From contig NW_005434614.1 of NCBI RefSeq assembly GCF_000315625.1, positions 31,253-95,252 of the forward strand: a stretch of 64,000 bases of DNA, given 5' to 3'. Numbering within the stretch: the first letter of the stretch is position 1; each line of letters begins with the position of its first letter. Source of the stretch: Guillardia theta CCMP2712 (Eukaryota; Protista; Cryptophyta). Shown here in pieces: positions 50,531 through 61,392 of the stretch. Position numbers and translations under genes: made by a program. The notes beneath the pieces are model-generated. The model was not told the origin of the DNA, searched no databases, and saw only the letters and a list, made by a program, of their open reading frames with translations.

Positions 50531-51760
50531 ATGCAAGGGGAGCACGGTACATGGCTAGCGTCAGGCCTGCAGCTGGGCATCGGGTACGTGATGCTGGCAG
50601 AGCTGCTGATGATAGAACAAGTCTCTCAGCCGCCTCACAGCTCCTGCCTTGCTCGCCCCGGACGCTACTGCTCCTACCAGAACTTCAATCATGATGCCTG
50701 CGATGCTGGTTACTTCTGTGAAGGAGGAAATGCGAGGCCCGCGCCTTGCCCCGAAGGCTTCTTCTGTGCTGCAGGAGCTCATTCACCGACCAAGTGCCCC
50801 CTGGGTCACTACTGCGAGAAGCAGGCCAAGGCTCCGGTCAGATGCCCCCCAGGCTTCCATTGCCCAGATCCTCATGGAGGACACACGAAACCAATGCCCT
50901 GCCAGGAGGGCTTCTTCTGCGAGGGCTACACAAGCAAGCAGCAGGCTTGTCCAGCAGGGTTCTACTGCGAGAAGCAGGCCAAGGCCCCTGTAAGATGCCC
51001 CAAGGGCTTCTTCTGTGTTCGAGGAGCCTCCAAGCCTGAGCCTTGCCTGCTGCCACAACTTTGCATAGGCGGCGCCTCGACCCCCAATGGCATCATGAAG
51101 GGTAACACAGGCCCCTTTTTCCTATTTCTCCTCCTGCTACCCGCCCTTGTATACCTTTTCCTTTTCCTCCGACGTCAGCTCAGCACTATGACTACCACTT
51201 GCAGCATATGCTTCCACTCCAAGCCTGTCTGGCGGCGCGTCCCGTGCCGTCAGTCTCACCATGTCTGCGCCGAATGCCTAGAGGCGTTCGTGATGGCGAA
51301 TGCAGGAGAGGCCGAGCAGCAGCTTCACAAGCGACAAATACCCGAGCACTGGATGAAATGCGTCGTGCCAGAGTGCCGGCAGCCCTACAGTGAAACCTTG
51401 GCGTACTTCCTGCTCACTTCACAGACTTACCGACGGCATCGGAGCATCAAACAGAAGATACTGGAGGGTCGTCGGGAGAAGCAGCGACAGGAAATGCTCC
51501 TCTTGCAGCAGAACATGGATGCGAATGACCTCGCTGCTATCCAGCTCATTCTGCGGGAGTACAGCATGGTGCTGCAATGCCCTAAATGCGGGACCGGGCC
51601 AGTTATCGTTCATGGTTGCTCAGATCTTCAGAGGCATCACAAAGAGGCCAGCGGTTCTGGTCGAATCAACAACTCGTGCCCCCACTGTGGCTTCTTTGCA
51701 AGCGACGTGAAGGAATGGCACACGTGGGTGCCTCCGCAGTCTCTCAACGCAACTCGTTGA
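50531..51760 (+). CDS. Intronless single-pass membrane protein: CxxGxxC repeats - TM - RING - Rcat/IBR-like zinc module
   Basis: Uninterrupted ORF (ATG 50531); 8-9 CxxG[FYH][FYH]C repeats; FFLFLLLLPALVYLFLFL-RR; CSIC..PC..HHVCAEC..KCVVPEC; CPKCG..GCSDL..HH..CPHC. Confidence 0.85.
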   Translation: MQGEHGTWLASGLQLGIGYVMLAELLMIEQVSQPPHSSCLARPGRYCSYQNFNHDACDAGYFCEGGNARPAPCPEGFFCAAGAHSPTKCPLGHYCEKQAKAPVRCPPGFHCPDPHGGHTKPMPCQEGFFCEGYTSKQQACPAGFYCEKQAKAPVRCPKGFFCVRGASKPEPCLLPQLCIGGASTPNGIMKGNTGPFFLFLLLLPALVYLFLFLRRQLSTMTTTCSICFHSKPVWRRVPCRQSHHVCAECLEAFVMANAGEAEQQLHKRQIPEHWMKCVVPECRQPYSETLAYFLLTSQTYRRHRSIKQKILEGRREKQRQEMLLLQQNMDANDLAAIQLILREYSMVLQCPKCGTGPVIVHGCSDLQRHHKEASGSGRINNSCPHCGFFASDVKEWHTWVPPQSLNATR

Positions 51761-52271
51761 GCTGCTGCGGTCATGTGATCCCGAGTCAGCATGCAAGACG
51801 CGGCGCAGCCTTGGCGCGGCCCTCGGAGCTGCCGGACTCGGTGAAAGCTCCTTCTCACGACGGTTCTCCAGACGTCTCGGAGGAGGAGTCATGGGTGCCA
51901 CGGGACTTTGAGTGAAATGGTGGTCGGCACACCCGGAGTGACTGATATTAGAATCTGCCGCAAGTTGCACTGCCCCTACTTGGCTGTAGAACAACCAAAA
52001 CACAATACAGTCTTGAAAATATCTTTTTGGACCTCACATGATCCGCCTAGAAAGCAGACTGTGACAACCGTTGAACCCCCAGGCTCACGGGAACTTGAAC
52101 ATACGGCGTCTGGCAGCCCAAAGAAGGAAAAGCAAAATGACAACTCCATGAGTTGGAACTTCATCGCAAAAGAAACTAAAAACGATCAGTGAGGGCCCGC
52201 CGGCCATTCGAGTCTTCCAACGGGAATCGGGCAATTTTCCATATGTAGGTGTAAAAAGAGAATAGTTCACC

Positions 52272-52343
52272 AGGGCGCACCCAGGTTCGAACTGGGGACC
52301 TATCGATCTGCAGTCGATTGCTCTACCACTGAGCTATACACCC
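52272..52343 (-). tRNA. tRNA-Cys (GCA), intronless
   Basis: GGGTGTATAGCTCAGTGGTAGAGCAATCGACTGCAGATCGATAGGTCCCCAGTTCGAACCTGGGTGCGCCCT folds into a cloverleaf with A/B boxes and GCA anticodon. Confidence 0.97.
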
Positions 52344-52582
52344 ACCAATACCCGTGTAGTGCTCCTACGGTTTATATTGCATTCTAAGGGTGGGGTGGTC
52401 TAAACGCATCATTGTCCGGTGGTGGTGGGTGAAATATGGGGTGGTGAGATGGGATATCATGGGTGGGGGAGGGGTGGTGGTGGGTGTGTTGGAAAGGTGG
52501 GATAGGGTTGTTGGGGTGGGGTGGCACGATTGAAATTTGAAAAAGCGCGATGCCGTTGAGCGGGAAGTGACGTGAAAACGAG

Positions 52583-52703
52583 AGGACAGGACAGGACAGG
52601 ACAGGACAGGACAGGACACTACAGGACAGGTTAGGACAGGACAGGACAGGACAGGACAGGACACTACAGGACAGGACAGGACAGGAGTGGACAGGACAGG
52701 ACA
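52583..52703 (+). repeat. (ACAGG)n pentanucleotide microsatellite
   Basis: About 24 units with a few variants. Confidence 0.95.
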
Positions 52704-53118
52704 AGTGGCGAGAATTGCGGAGAGGAGCCGAGGGGTAGAAATGCGAGTGGAGAAATTAGGTGAATAAATATCCAAGACGAAGAATGGAGAGGAAAAAGGT
52801 AGATGGGAATCCCTCCTTACTATGATCAGAACGTACATGATTCAAATAAATCCACACAGCTCTGAAGAGAGAATGAAGAAATTGTAGCAGCTACAGCCAG
52901 AGTGCAGATATTCTTGCGGTCGACAGAGGTTGTAGCTGTTGTGTGGTTGAAAGTTCATCAAGAAGGTGCAAGAGCAGTAGAGAAATATTGACAAAGTTGG
53001 CCCATGCAACTCAAAGGAATTTCCTCTATTAATCCTGTGTATTCTCATCTTGGCAGCTGAATGATTGCACGTAGTGTAGCAGAAAGAAAAGTTCTGACCA
53101 AGTCTCTTTTCCTCGTAG

Positions 53119-54169
53119 ATGGCGAGTATCGGCATGATGGACGCCGCTTTCTTTGTGGGAAAGAACGAGCTCTTGAACTGGTTGAACGAGCTCCTTGGCT
53201 TGAACTACTCCAAGGTCGAGCAGTGCGCCAATGGTGCAGCTTACTGCCAGATCATGGATGCGATCTACCCTGTGAGCTACCATCTTGCGCGCCTTGCTCC
53301 CGCTAATGGAGTGCAGGGTGAGGTCCCACTGAAGAAGGTGATCTTCGACGCGAAGCTCGAGCACGACTTTGTGAAGAACTACAAAGTCCTCCAGACTGTC
53401 TTCGACAAGAAGAACATCGCCAAGGTCTCCTCTCTTCTCCTTGCTCGCGCTCGTTGCCTGATGCCGGCGCAGCATATCGAGGTCAACAAGCTCATCAAGG
53501 CAAAGCCCCTGGACAACTTGGAGTTCCTGCAGTGGATCAAGCGATACTTCGACATGCACTACGGCGGACAAGAGTACAACCCCGTCGAGAGACGAGGAGG
53601 CCTCACGATGAAGGAGAACACTGGCGCTAACCCCCTCGCCTCCAAGCCCGCGACCAAGACGGTCTTTCTTCTCTCCCTCCTCTCCCTGCCCTCCTCTCGT
53701 CTACACTTCTCGTCCTCCTGCCATGCCTCTTCTCCACTCTCTGATCGCCTCCTGCAGGTCAAGAGTGCTCCCATGAGAGTCGTTCGCGATGCTCCCAGCT
53801 CGAGCCGGCCCACGTCAGCCAACCCCGCTTCCGCTGCTCCCAAGAAGACGGGTAAGTCCGTGGCCGTCGCATGTAAGCTGGTCATGACCACGCGCGAGCA
53901 GCCGACGGGGAGCAGGTCCAGCAGCTGAACGAGGAGCTGACGTCGCTGAAGCTCACAGTGGCGGAGCTTGAGAAGGAGAGAGACTTCTACTTCGGCAAGC
54001 TGCGTGACATCGAGATCACCTGCCAGGTAGGAGGAGGTAGTGGTGATGGAGGCTTGAAATCTGACGCGCGGATCAGACGAACGAGAAGGGCGAAGTGAAG
54101 GAACTGGTGGACGACATTCAGAAGATTCTCTACTCGACCTCTGAAGAAGAAGTTCAACCCGCAGCTTGA
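53119..54169 (+). CDS. EB1: Microtubule end-binding protein EB1 (MAPRE family)
   Basis: FFVGKNELLNWLN, GAAYCQIMD, DNLEFLQWIKRYFD (CH domain); LEKERDFYFGKLRDIEI..IQKILY (EBH domain). Confidence 0.97.
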
Positions 54170-54309
54170 TTTGCGCTTGCTTTATTTGACTTGCAACACT
54201 AACGAGCGACTGTTAATAACCCGTAACCCCCTCCTCCGACTTGAAATCAATAAAATCTTATTGCAGGAAACCAATCAAAAGAATAGCAGCTGATCTCGAG
54301 CTCATTGAC

Positions 54310-57072
54310 GATCAAGACTTGCTGTCTTCGTACCCTGGCCTCTCCAGCGCAACCTGAGATGCGATGCGATCAGATGAGGGTGGTGAGGAGACGAGGAGGA
54401 TGGGAGCTGTGGGCAGCAGTCACCGTCATGAGGTCGAAGGCAGCTGTGACGTGTTCTTGTTCCAGCATGGATTCCTTTATCGCGTACTCCTCGATCCTCT
54501 GCGACGAGACGAGTAAGAGAAGAGAGCAGTAGACTAGGAGGAGTGAAAGAGGAGGGAAGTAGGCTAGGAGCTGAAGGAGGATGGAAGTAGAGGAGGACGA
54601 GGAAAGGGAAGTAAACAAGGAGGAGGAGGAGGACCTTCATAGTTCGCGCGCAATACTCGCTCTTGTCGAATCGATACCGCGGGCTGAAGTGCGTCAGGAT
54701 CAGTCTCTTGGCTCTGCTGGCCCGAGCAAATCTTCCAGCCATCTGAGGCGTCGAGTGACCATGTGCCATGGTGTCGCGTTCCACCTGCGGTGCAACAAGA
54801 TGAGGAGGAGGCAGGGGGCAGGGGGACAGCAGAGAAGAGAGCAGGAAGCTGGAGGATAGGGAGACAGGATGGTAGGTGGGGAGCGCAGGAAGGGAGGGAG
54901 GGGGCAGGAGGGTAGGAAGGGGGCAGGAGGGTAGGGAGGGAGCAGTGAGGGCAAGGGGGCAGAACGGCAGGAGGGCAAGACGGGGGGGGAGGAGGGATGG
55001 GTCGGTTGGTCGGTTGGACCTCTGCCATTGACTTGTCATCAACTCCAGGGATCCAGGCGTTGGTTGCCTCGTGTACCAAGACATCCGCATCCTTGAATGA
55101 GACTTCGTGAGCGCAAGGAAGCAATGACAGGTGAGGCGTGCATACGTGGAGGGAGGAGGGAGGAGGGAGGAGGGAGGAGGGAGGAGGGAGGAGGGAGGAG
55201 GGAGGAGGGAGGAGGGAGGAGGGAGGACCTCAGCTAGTCGGAGCATCGCAGAGGCATCGCACGTGTCGCCCAGGATGACGACCTGAGAGGCTCGTCAGCA
55301 GTTTCCTCCTCCTTCAATCTACCCCACCTTGCGTCCCGGCTTTGAGGGGAGGAGGACGTCGTGACCGAAGATGACGTCACCGTTGGGCATTTCGAACCTG
55401 TCATCCATCCCGAGCTTCTTCATGTCCCTGTACACGGCCTTATAGTTCTTGCCATACTTCTTCTTCAGCCCCTCCTTGTTCTTCTCCACCATCTCCTCGA
55501 CCTTGTCCACGAGCAGGCGGGGCTCCGCCCTCGGCTCTTGGACCATGTACCCCACACACGGCATCGTATGCTGCATCGCCGCCGCCTGCACAATCATCCC
55601 GTCCTCCTCCTTGCAAACGTTCCAGTGGCCCTGAGCTGTTGGGAAGATATCGTCCCCTTCGTCCACCTCCTTGTATCTCCTGTCGAACGGAGGCTCCAGC
55701 CCGTCGCAAGCGCTGGCCGGCTCTCTCATGTACCGTCCATGGAGGAAGGGGACGTCGTGGAGCTCGACCACCCTGTAGAAGGGGACAGCGCGGGAGCAGG
55801 TGAGCTGGAGGGTGGACCTGATGAGGGCGCGGAGCCCCGCGGGCCCGTAGAGGGTGAGAGGGTCGTCCCTGTCGCGGTTCTGCCCGATGAGGCACATGAG
55901 TCCAACGATGCCGAAGGAGTGGTCGCCATGGAGATGCGTGACGAAGATCTTGTCGATGGACGACGGACGGACCCAGCTCTTCTGCACTTGGATCTGTGTC
56001 CCCTCCCCGGCATCGAACACCCAGCTGGAGGACCCCGCCGACGTCTTCCTGTTGCTCATCCTGAGTACGATGGAGGAGACTCCTCGGGTGAGCGAGGGGA
56101 GGCAGGAGGCTGTCCCCAGGAAGGTCAGCTCCATGTCTGCTCCAGTGTCCCGCGTCTCGGCAGGACGGTTCTGGTCCTCCAGGTTGAACTCCTTGAAAGG
56201 TACCTTGGCATCGACGTAGAGGCTCGACTGGCCTTCGCTCTCTGTGTACAGATCGTCCAGCTCCCGCTCCTCCAACTCTGCAGCGCTAGGAGGAAGACGT
56301 CTCCTCTTCCCTGCCCCTCCTGCTGCCTCGTCCTGAGCACGAGGCTTCTCAGAAGAGGCCTCTGACCGCACCCGGCCATCCTCAATGGAGCTCGATCCCT
56401 GTGACAGCGTTCAGGAGCATCTTGAAGACAGTGCAAGGTGCTTACAGTCGATTCTCTCCTCGTGGCAGGAGCGGCGCGCTTGACAACTTCCACCTCCCTC
56501 TGCCTCTCTATCCTGCTCTCGTCCACCATCCTCCCCTGCCCAACATCTTGCTCCGGATTTTTCAAGACCTCTGGGCTCGTTGCTGTTTGCTGCGCAGGTT
56601 GTCGTTGGGGGATTTGAAAGGGCTCAGGTTGTATGCTCGGCTTTGACCAGAACTCTGGCTTCTCAAACGGCAAACCCCTCTCCTCCCTCAGCTCGATCAA
56701 CCTGTGTACCATCTCTCCCTTCTTCATCTTCCCCGCGTTCTCCCCATACTGCGATATCAGCTCGCGAAGCTCCGCAACTTTGAGAGCCTTGAAACGAGCA
56801 TACATCTGCTGCACTTTGATCGACCTGGAGTCTCCTGACATCGACATGCCGGTCACTGCGAGCTGCCGCCGAAGCGACATCCGGTTCATCCTCCAAGCTA
56901 GCCCATACGGCTGCCCTTGAAGGCTTTTCCTCGTGCTTCCTAGTGCGAATGTGTGCATGAAGCCTTGGAAAGCAGAGCATCCTTCTGCTAGCATCAGCAG
57001 GAGGAGGGGCAGGAGGAACCACTTGCTAACGTGCTCGAATCGTTTCAACAGGCAGCTGCCCTCTCTCACCAT
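54310..57072 (-). CDS. rnz: Plastid-targeted short-form tRNase Z (RNase Z) with N-terminal extension
   Basis: LTFLGTASCLPSLTRGVSS, FDAGEGTQ, THLHGDH, GDT, VLVHEAT, GHST, LILTHFSPRY; leader LLLMLAEGCSA-FQG. Confidence 0.92.
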
Positions 57073-57310
57073 CCTCGTCCTCCACTAGTACGACTGGCCA
57101 CGAGACGTCAACCCTCCCTGGTTGGGCATCTTAACCTGTAGAACGTTCCATTAGGAGGACAACTCTCTTCACCGCTGGCCGCCTTATCCTCTGACTGTCT
57201 CACGTGATCCGTTCGACTTGGAACTACCTGTGCTTGCTCCCTCAGCAGCCAAACTATGAGTTCGACACCCCATGCAATAGACATGCTTTTTCTCTTCTTT
57301 GCTCTCAGTC

Positions 57311-57373
57311 CCTGCTCCCTGCTCCCTGCTCCCTGCTCCCTGCTCCCTGCTCCCTGCTCCCTGCTCCCTGCTC
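57311..57373 (+). repeat. (CCTGCTC)n heptamer repeat
   Basis: About 9 tandem copies. Confidence 0.95.
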
Positions 57374-57804
57374 CTCTGCTTTCTCTCGTTCACTTCACGT
57401 GCGGGCTTCCTTCAAATCTCCCTTGCTAGAGCCTCAGCGCTCTCCTGCCCTGTTGCACATCCACCAGGTTATCGCCATGCTCCACATGCCATGATGCTCT
57501 TCTTCTCTCCCGCCCTCCCTCTCCCCTCCTCCCCCCCCCCCCGCCAACCCTCCTCAGCCAAGCTTCCTCTTCCGTCCCGTGCCATTCAGGGGGCCGCACG
57601 CCCGCCTCAAGAATTATGTCCCTTACCACCCCATCTTTCGACTAGTCCACCCGTACATATCCCTACAAATATGTGTATTTTTACCGGTGTGTCAAGAACC
57701 CCCACCACCCCTTCACCCAGGGAATGCGGTCGCATCTCAGATGGCCGTTTTTCGGATTTCTCGCTGCAACGGCCACTGTGATCGCGGTTACAACCGCAAC
57801 ATAA

Positions 57805-57957
57805 TAGTACGGCCTCGGACCGACAGGCCGGGATCGACTCCGAGTGCCGCACCGGGCCGGGATTCGACAACGTGACTCGAGAGTGAGGTCCAGGGGCCGG
57901 GGCCCCGGGTGCCAGACAGCGTCGGACTCAGCCTGGCCACAGTGACGGCCCGTACTA
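57805..57957. mobile_element. Possible MITE-like GC-rich element (island F)
   Basis: Bounded by TAGTACGG ... CCGTACTA inverted termini. Confidence 0.35.
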
Positions 57958-57989
57958 GGCTAGTACTGGCTATAACGGTTCGGTTTCAT

Positions 57990-60900
57990 TCACTCCAGCT
58001 GGAAAGGAAGCGCGTCGTTGTACGGGATCTCCTCGTCTGCATCGTAGATGCCGACGTAGACCTGAGGAGCAGCAGCTGAGCTCGTGCTGGGGGTTGTGGC
58101 ACTGGCAGGATACGGACCTTGAGGTCAGTGAGAGTCGCTGTTGCCTTCTCGGCCTTGGTAAAGATGGTGTTGGAGCCATCCTAGTAACGAGAAGAGGGAG
58201 GGAGGGAGGGAGGGAGGGAGGGAGGGAGGATAGGTTTCACTGAACCAGCACAGAGGACAGAGCAGTACCGGTCGTTTCTCGTAGTAAGGTCCCAGCTTGC
58301 ACCGAGCTAAACGTTCCCGACCCGCCTCTCCCTCCGACCTGCTGACGTCAGCATTGAACTTCCCTCCTCCCCAGCTGCACCGGGGGGCCTCGAGCGGAAC
58401 GTGGAAGCCATCAGCGCCGAAGCGAGGGCCTGCTCCAGTCACGGGGTGAGGGGAGGGAGGAGGACAGGACGACAGAGACCGCTCTCAGGATCGTCGATGC
58501 ACGCCAAGCCGGCTCCTCCCACCTGCAGACAAGGAGGCTCAGCTCCAGCCCAGCAGATGGTCACTTCCACACCTTTCTCAGCTTGATGGCGGGCCTGGAC
58601 GTGTCCCCGTCCGGCCTGATGGGTCAAGTTCAGTATGGTCAAGGGTGGCACGAGGGGGCATGGGGTCACCAGCAGAAGAGAAACGCTGCGATCGAGCCCC
58701 TGTACTCGCCGTACCCGACCCAGCCCTGCCTCCCATGCTCAGTGACTACATGCTTCGCACTGGCTCAGAGCGTCAGACCTTCGGGTTGTATCCTCCAACC
58801 ACTGCGCCCTGCTCTGTCCGCGCCAGGACGACGCCCGGCCCGAGCTTGTCAACTGCGAGGTGGAAGGCACTTGGGGTCCAACCGTCTCGGTTCGCATCGA
58901 ACACCTAGGGAACACAGCTCAGCAGCAGCTGGAGACGAGGCGGGGAGCATACGAGCTTGAGGTCCCTCTTCTCCAACGAGGTTCTTGCCAGCAGGGGACG
59001 AAACTGCTGCATGTCGGCGTCGTCGGCGGCAACAGGAGCCGCAAACTCAGTCAGGGTCGCGGGGTACAGCTGGGAAACGAAGGGAACGTGTGAGAAGAGA
59101 GGGGCAATGTCACGGCAGAGCAGAGGAAGCGGGCGATTGAAACCTCGGGGAACTTGGACTGGTCGAAACGTTTGAGGCCGACCTGCTGCTTGTCAGCCCC
59201 TCCTAATCCCGACTCGTCGACGGCTCGCCTGCTCGGGAGAGGCTCCGATCTTGCCGAAGAGGTTCGCAAAGAACTTCTCGAACCCCTCTGGTTCCGCCAC
59301 ACTCTGCCGGCAGGTTCAACGACCCAGGGGTTCGAGTGAGTGCTACCTGAGCAGTGCGCGACGAGTCCAGGTCGGCCGGCCTGTCCCAAGTCGTCTTCCC
59401 GCTGACTTTGTTCCAGTAGTACATCTTGCCCGTCCTCTCGTCCCTCGCTTCATTCCAGTCTGACATCACCAGTATCTCAGCCCGTCGTGGCCGCTTCCCC
59501 AGGGAAAACTTTGGGAGGCCTGCACCTCTCCCCTGCCCGACGAGCCGGCAGACATTGCTGGAGGGCGAGAGGCTGCATGCGGATCAACGAGAGGAGGAGG
59601 AGGAGGAGGAGGAGGAGAAGGAGGAGGAGGAGGAGGAGGAGGAGGAGGAGAAGGAGGAGGAGGAGAAGGAGGAGGAGGAGGAGGAGGAGGAGGAGGAGGA
59701 AGAGGTAACCTGCGCAGCCTTGACGGCTGCANNNNNNNNNNNNNNNNNNNNNNNNNNNNNNNNNNNNNNNNNNNNNNNNNNNNNNNNNNNNNNNNNNNNN
59801 NNNNNNNNNNNNNNNNNNNNNNNNNNNNNNNAGAGGAGGAGGAGGAGGAAGAGCAAGCAGCGGTCGGCTGCTCCTCCATCCTCTGCTGCTACGACGAGGC
59901 AGCAGGCGGCGCCGGCAGCGGAGCAGCAGGAGGAGGAGCAGCAGGAGGAGGAGGAGGAGGAGGAGGAGGAGGAAGAGGTAACCTGCGCAGCCTTGACGGC
60001 TGCATCAGCACTGCAAACGCCAAGGAAGACGGAGCCCCTTCGTTGCTCCCGGGCTGCTCCAGCCCCTCCTCCGCCATGCCTGAGTGTCGAGGCTCTTGCT
60101 CAAGTTGCCCTCCTGCCGGGGCCTCCTGATGCATCGCAGCACCAGAGGATGGAGGAGCATCCGAACGCTCCTTGCTGTCTCCCTTAGGCTGGTCGTGTCT
60201 TGTCGTAGGGGCGACGCCCCCTGCCTCCCCCCCCAGAGGCGTGTTCTTGAACTTGTTCATTGCAAGGGCTGCGAACCCGACAGCTCCCATGAATGCCGCG
60301 CTTGCCACAGCCTTCATCACCTGCTCGAGCAAGCATGACGAGACCTCTCCCTCCTGTCTCAAGCTCTTCCTCACCACGTTCGACGGGCCCTGCCTCTGCG
60401 GCATTTCTCCCAGGTTCGACAGGATCTCGTCGAAGCTGACAGGAGCAGGTTTGTCGTTGATCCTGCCGCTCGATCGATGAGAGAGGAAGCAGCACAAGAG
60501 GACTCGCGTCTCACTTGAACTTAGCGCTGCCCGGATGCTGAGCGAACAACCTCGAATGGCTCGCGGCGATGTCCTCTGGCTTCGGGAATGTCCACACGTA
60601 CTCGAGCGCCTGACATGCGTCATGCCACAGGAGCGAAGAACGCGGACATATCACCATATGTTCAGCAGGATTGAAACTTCCTGCCTCTCCTTGCACTTGC
60701 CCAAGACATGCTTGAGCAAGCTGTAAAACGCGCAAATGTTCAGCGTCACAACAAATTCCTCAAGCTCTGCAAGGAGAAAGACATTGCATTTGGTCTATCA
60801 CGTGTATGCATCTTTCTTTCATCTACATGTTATTCATCAAGAACAAGATCTCTCATGCTCAGAACTTGTTTTCTTGTTCGTGGGCTTCTTTCGAGGATTC

Positions 60901-61086
60901 TGACCAGATTTTCGTTCAACAACCTCTCCCTCCCTCCCTCCCTCTCACAACACACTCATGCTTCCCTGCTCCATCATCGCGGTTCTCACATAAAGTTTGC
61001 CTCTCATCGCTTCCCCTCCCCCTTCCCCCCCCCTTCTCCTCCTCCTCCCCTCTTACCATGATCGCCAACAACTTGGTGGCCCGCAT
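57990..61086 (-). CDS. Protein with hydrophobic segment, WW domain and C-terminal TLDc domain (spans a gap; may be two genes)
   Basis: WW: DWNEARDERTGKMYYWNKVSGKTTWDRP; TLDc: VFDANRDGWTPSAFHLAVDKLGPGVVLARTEQGAVVGGYNPKGW..AFLF..GPRFG; ends EIPYNDALPFQLE*. Confidence 0.75.
59732..59831. other. Assembly gap (100 N)
   Basis: Run of N. Confidence 1.
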
Positions 61087-61392
61087 GGCCGAAAACCACC
61101 ACAGACCTAGACAACCCCCCATGACCCTACCCCACCTAAAGCGACATATACCCCCGTATGCTAAGTCAAATTACACATAAAAGGACGGGTGTAGATGTTC
61201 CATCACCCCACCAATACACACAACCAGGCTCACAAGGAAATATCTTTAGCTTAAGCTGTATATGGATATTGAAATTTAGCTCAAGGCGAAAGCATCCGGA
61301 CCTTCATCTGTGAGGGCGCGTTAGTTGACTCGTCACTGTATGAGCGTAATGAGCCTTGCCAGAGACAGGCGAGGAGAAGGAGAAGGAGGCAT

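Noticed and set aside
50531-52343. Functional coupling of tRNA-Cys with the neighbouring Cys-rich gene
   Set aside because: Nuclear tRNA position should not affect cytosolic translation; probably coincidence
52365-52838. Cys-rich (CPVLS)n ORFs
   Set aside because: Translation of the (ACAGG)n microsatellite
55361-56365. 334-aa + strand ORF
   Set aside because: Antisense to the RNase Z exon; no independent motif
18186-57072. Plastid-targeted genes as a functional gene cluster
   Set aside because: They are widely separated by unrelated genes and share no evident pathway
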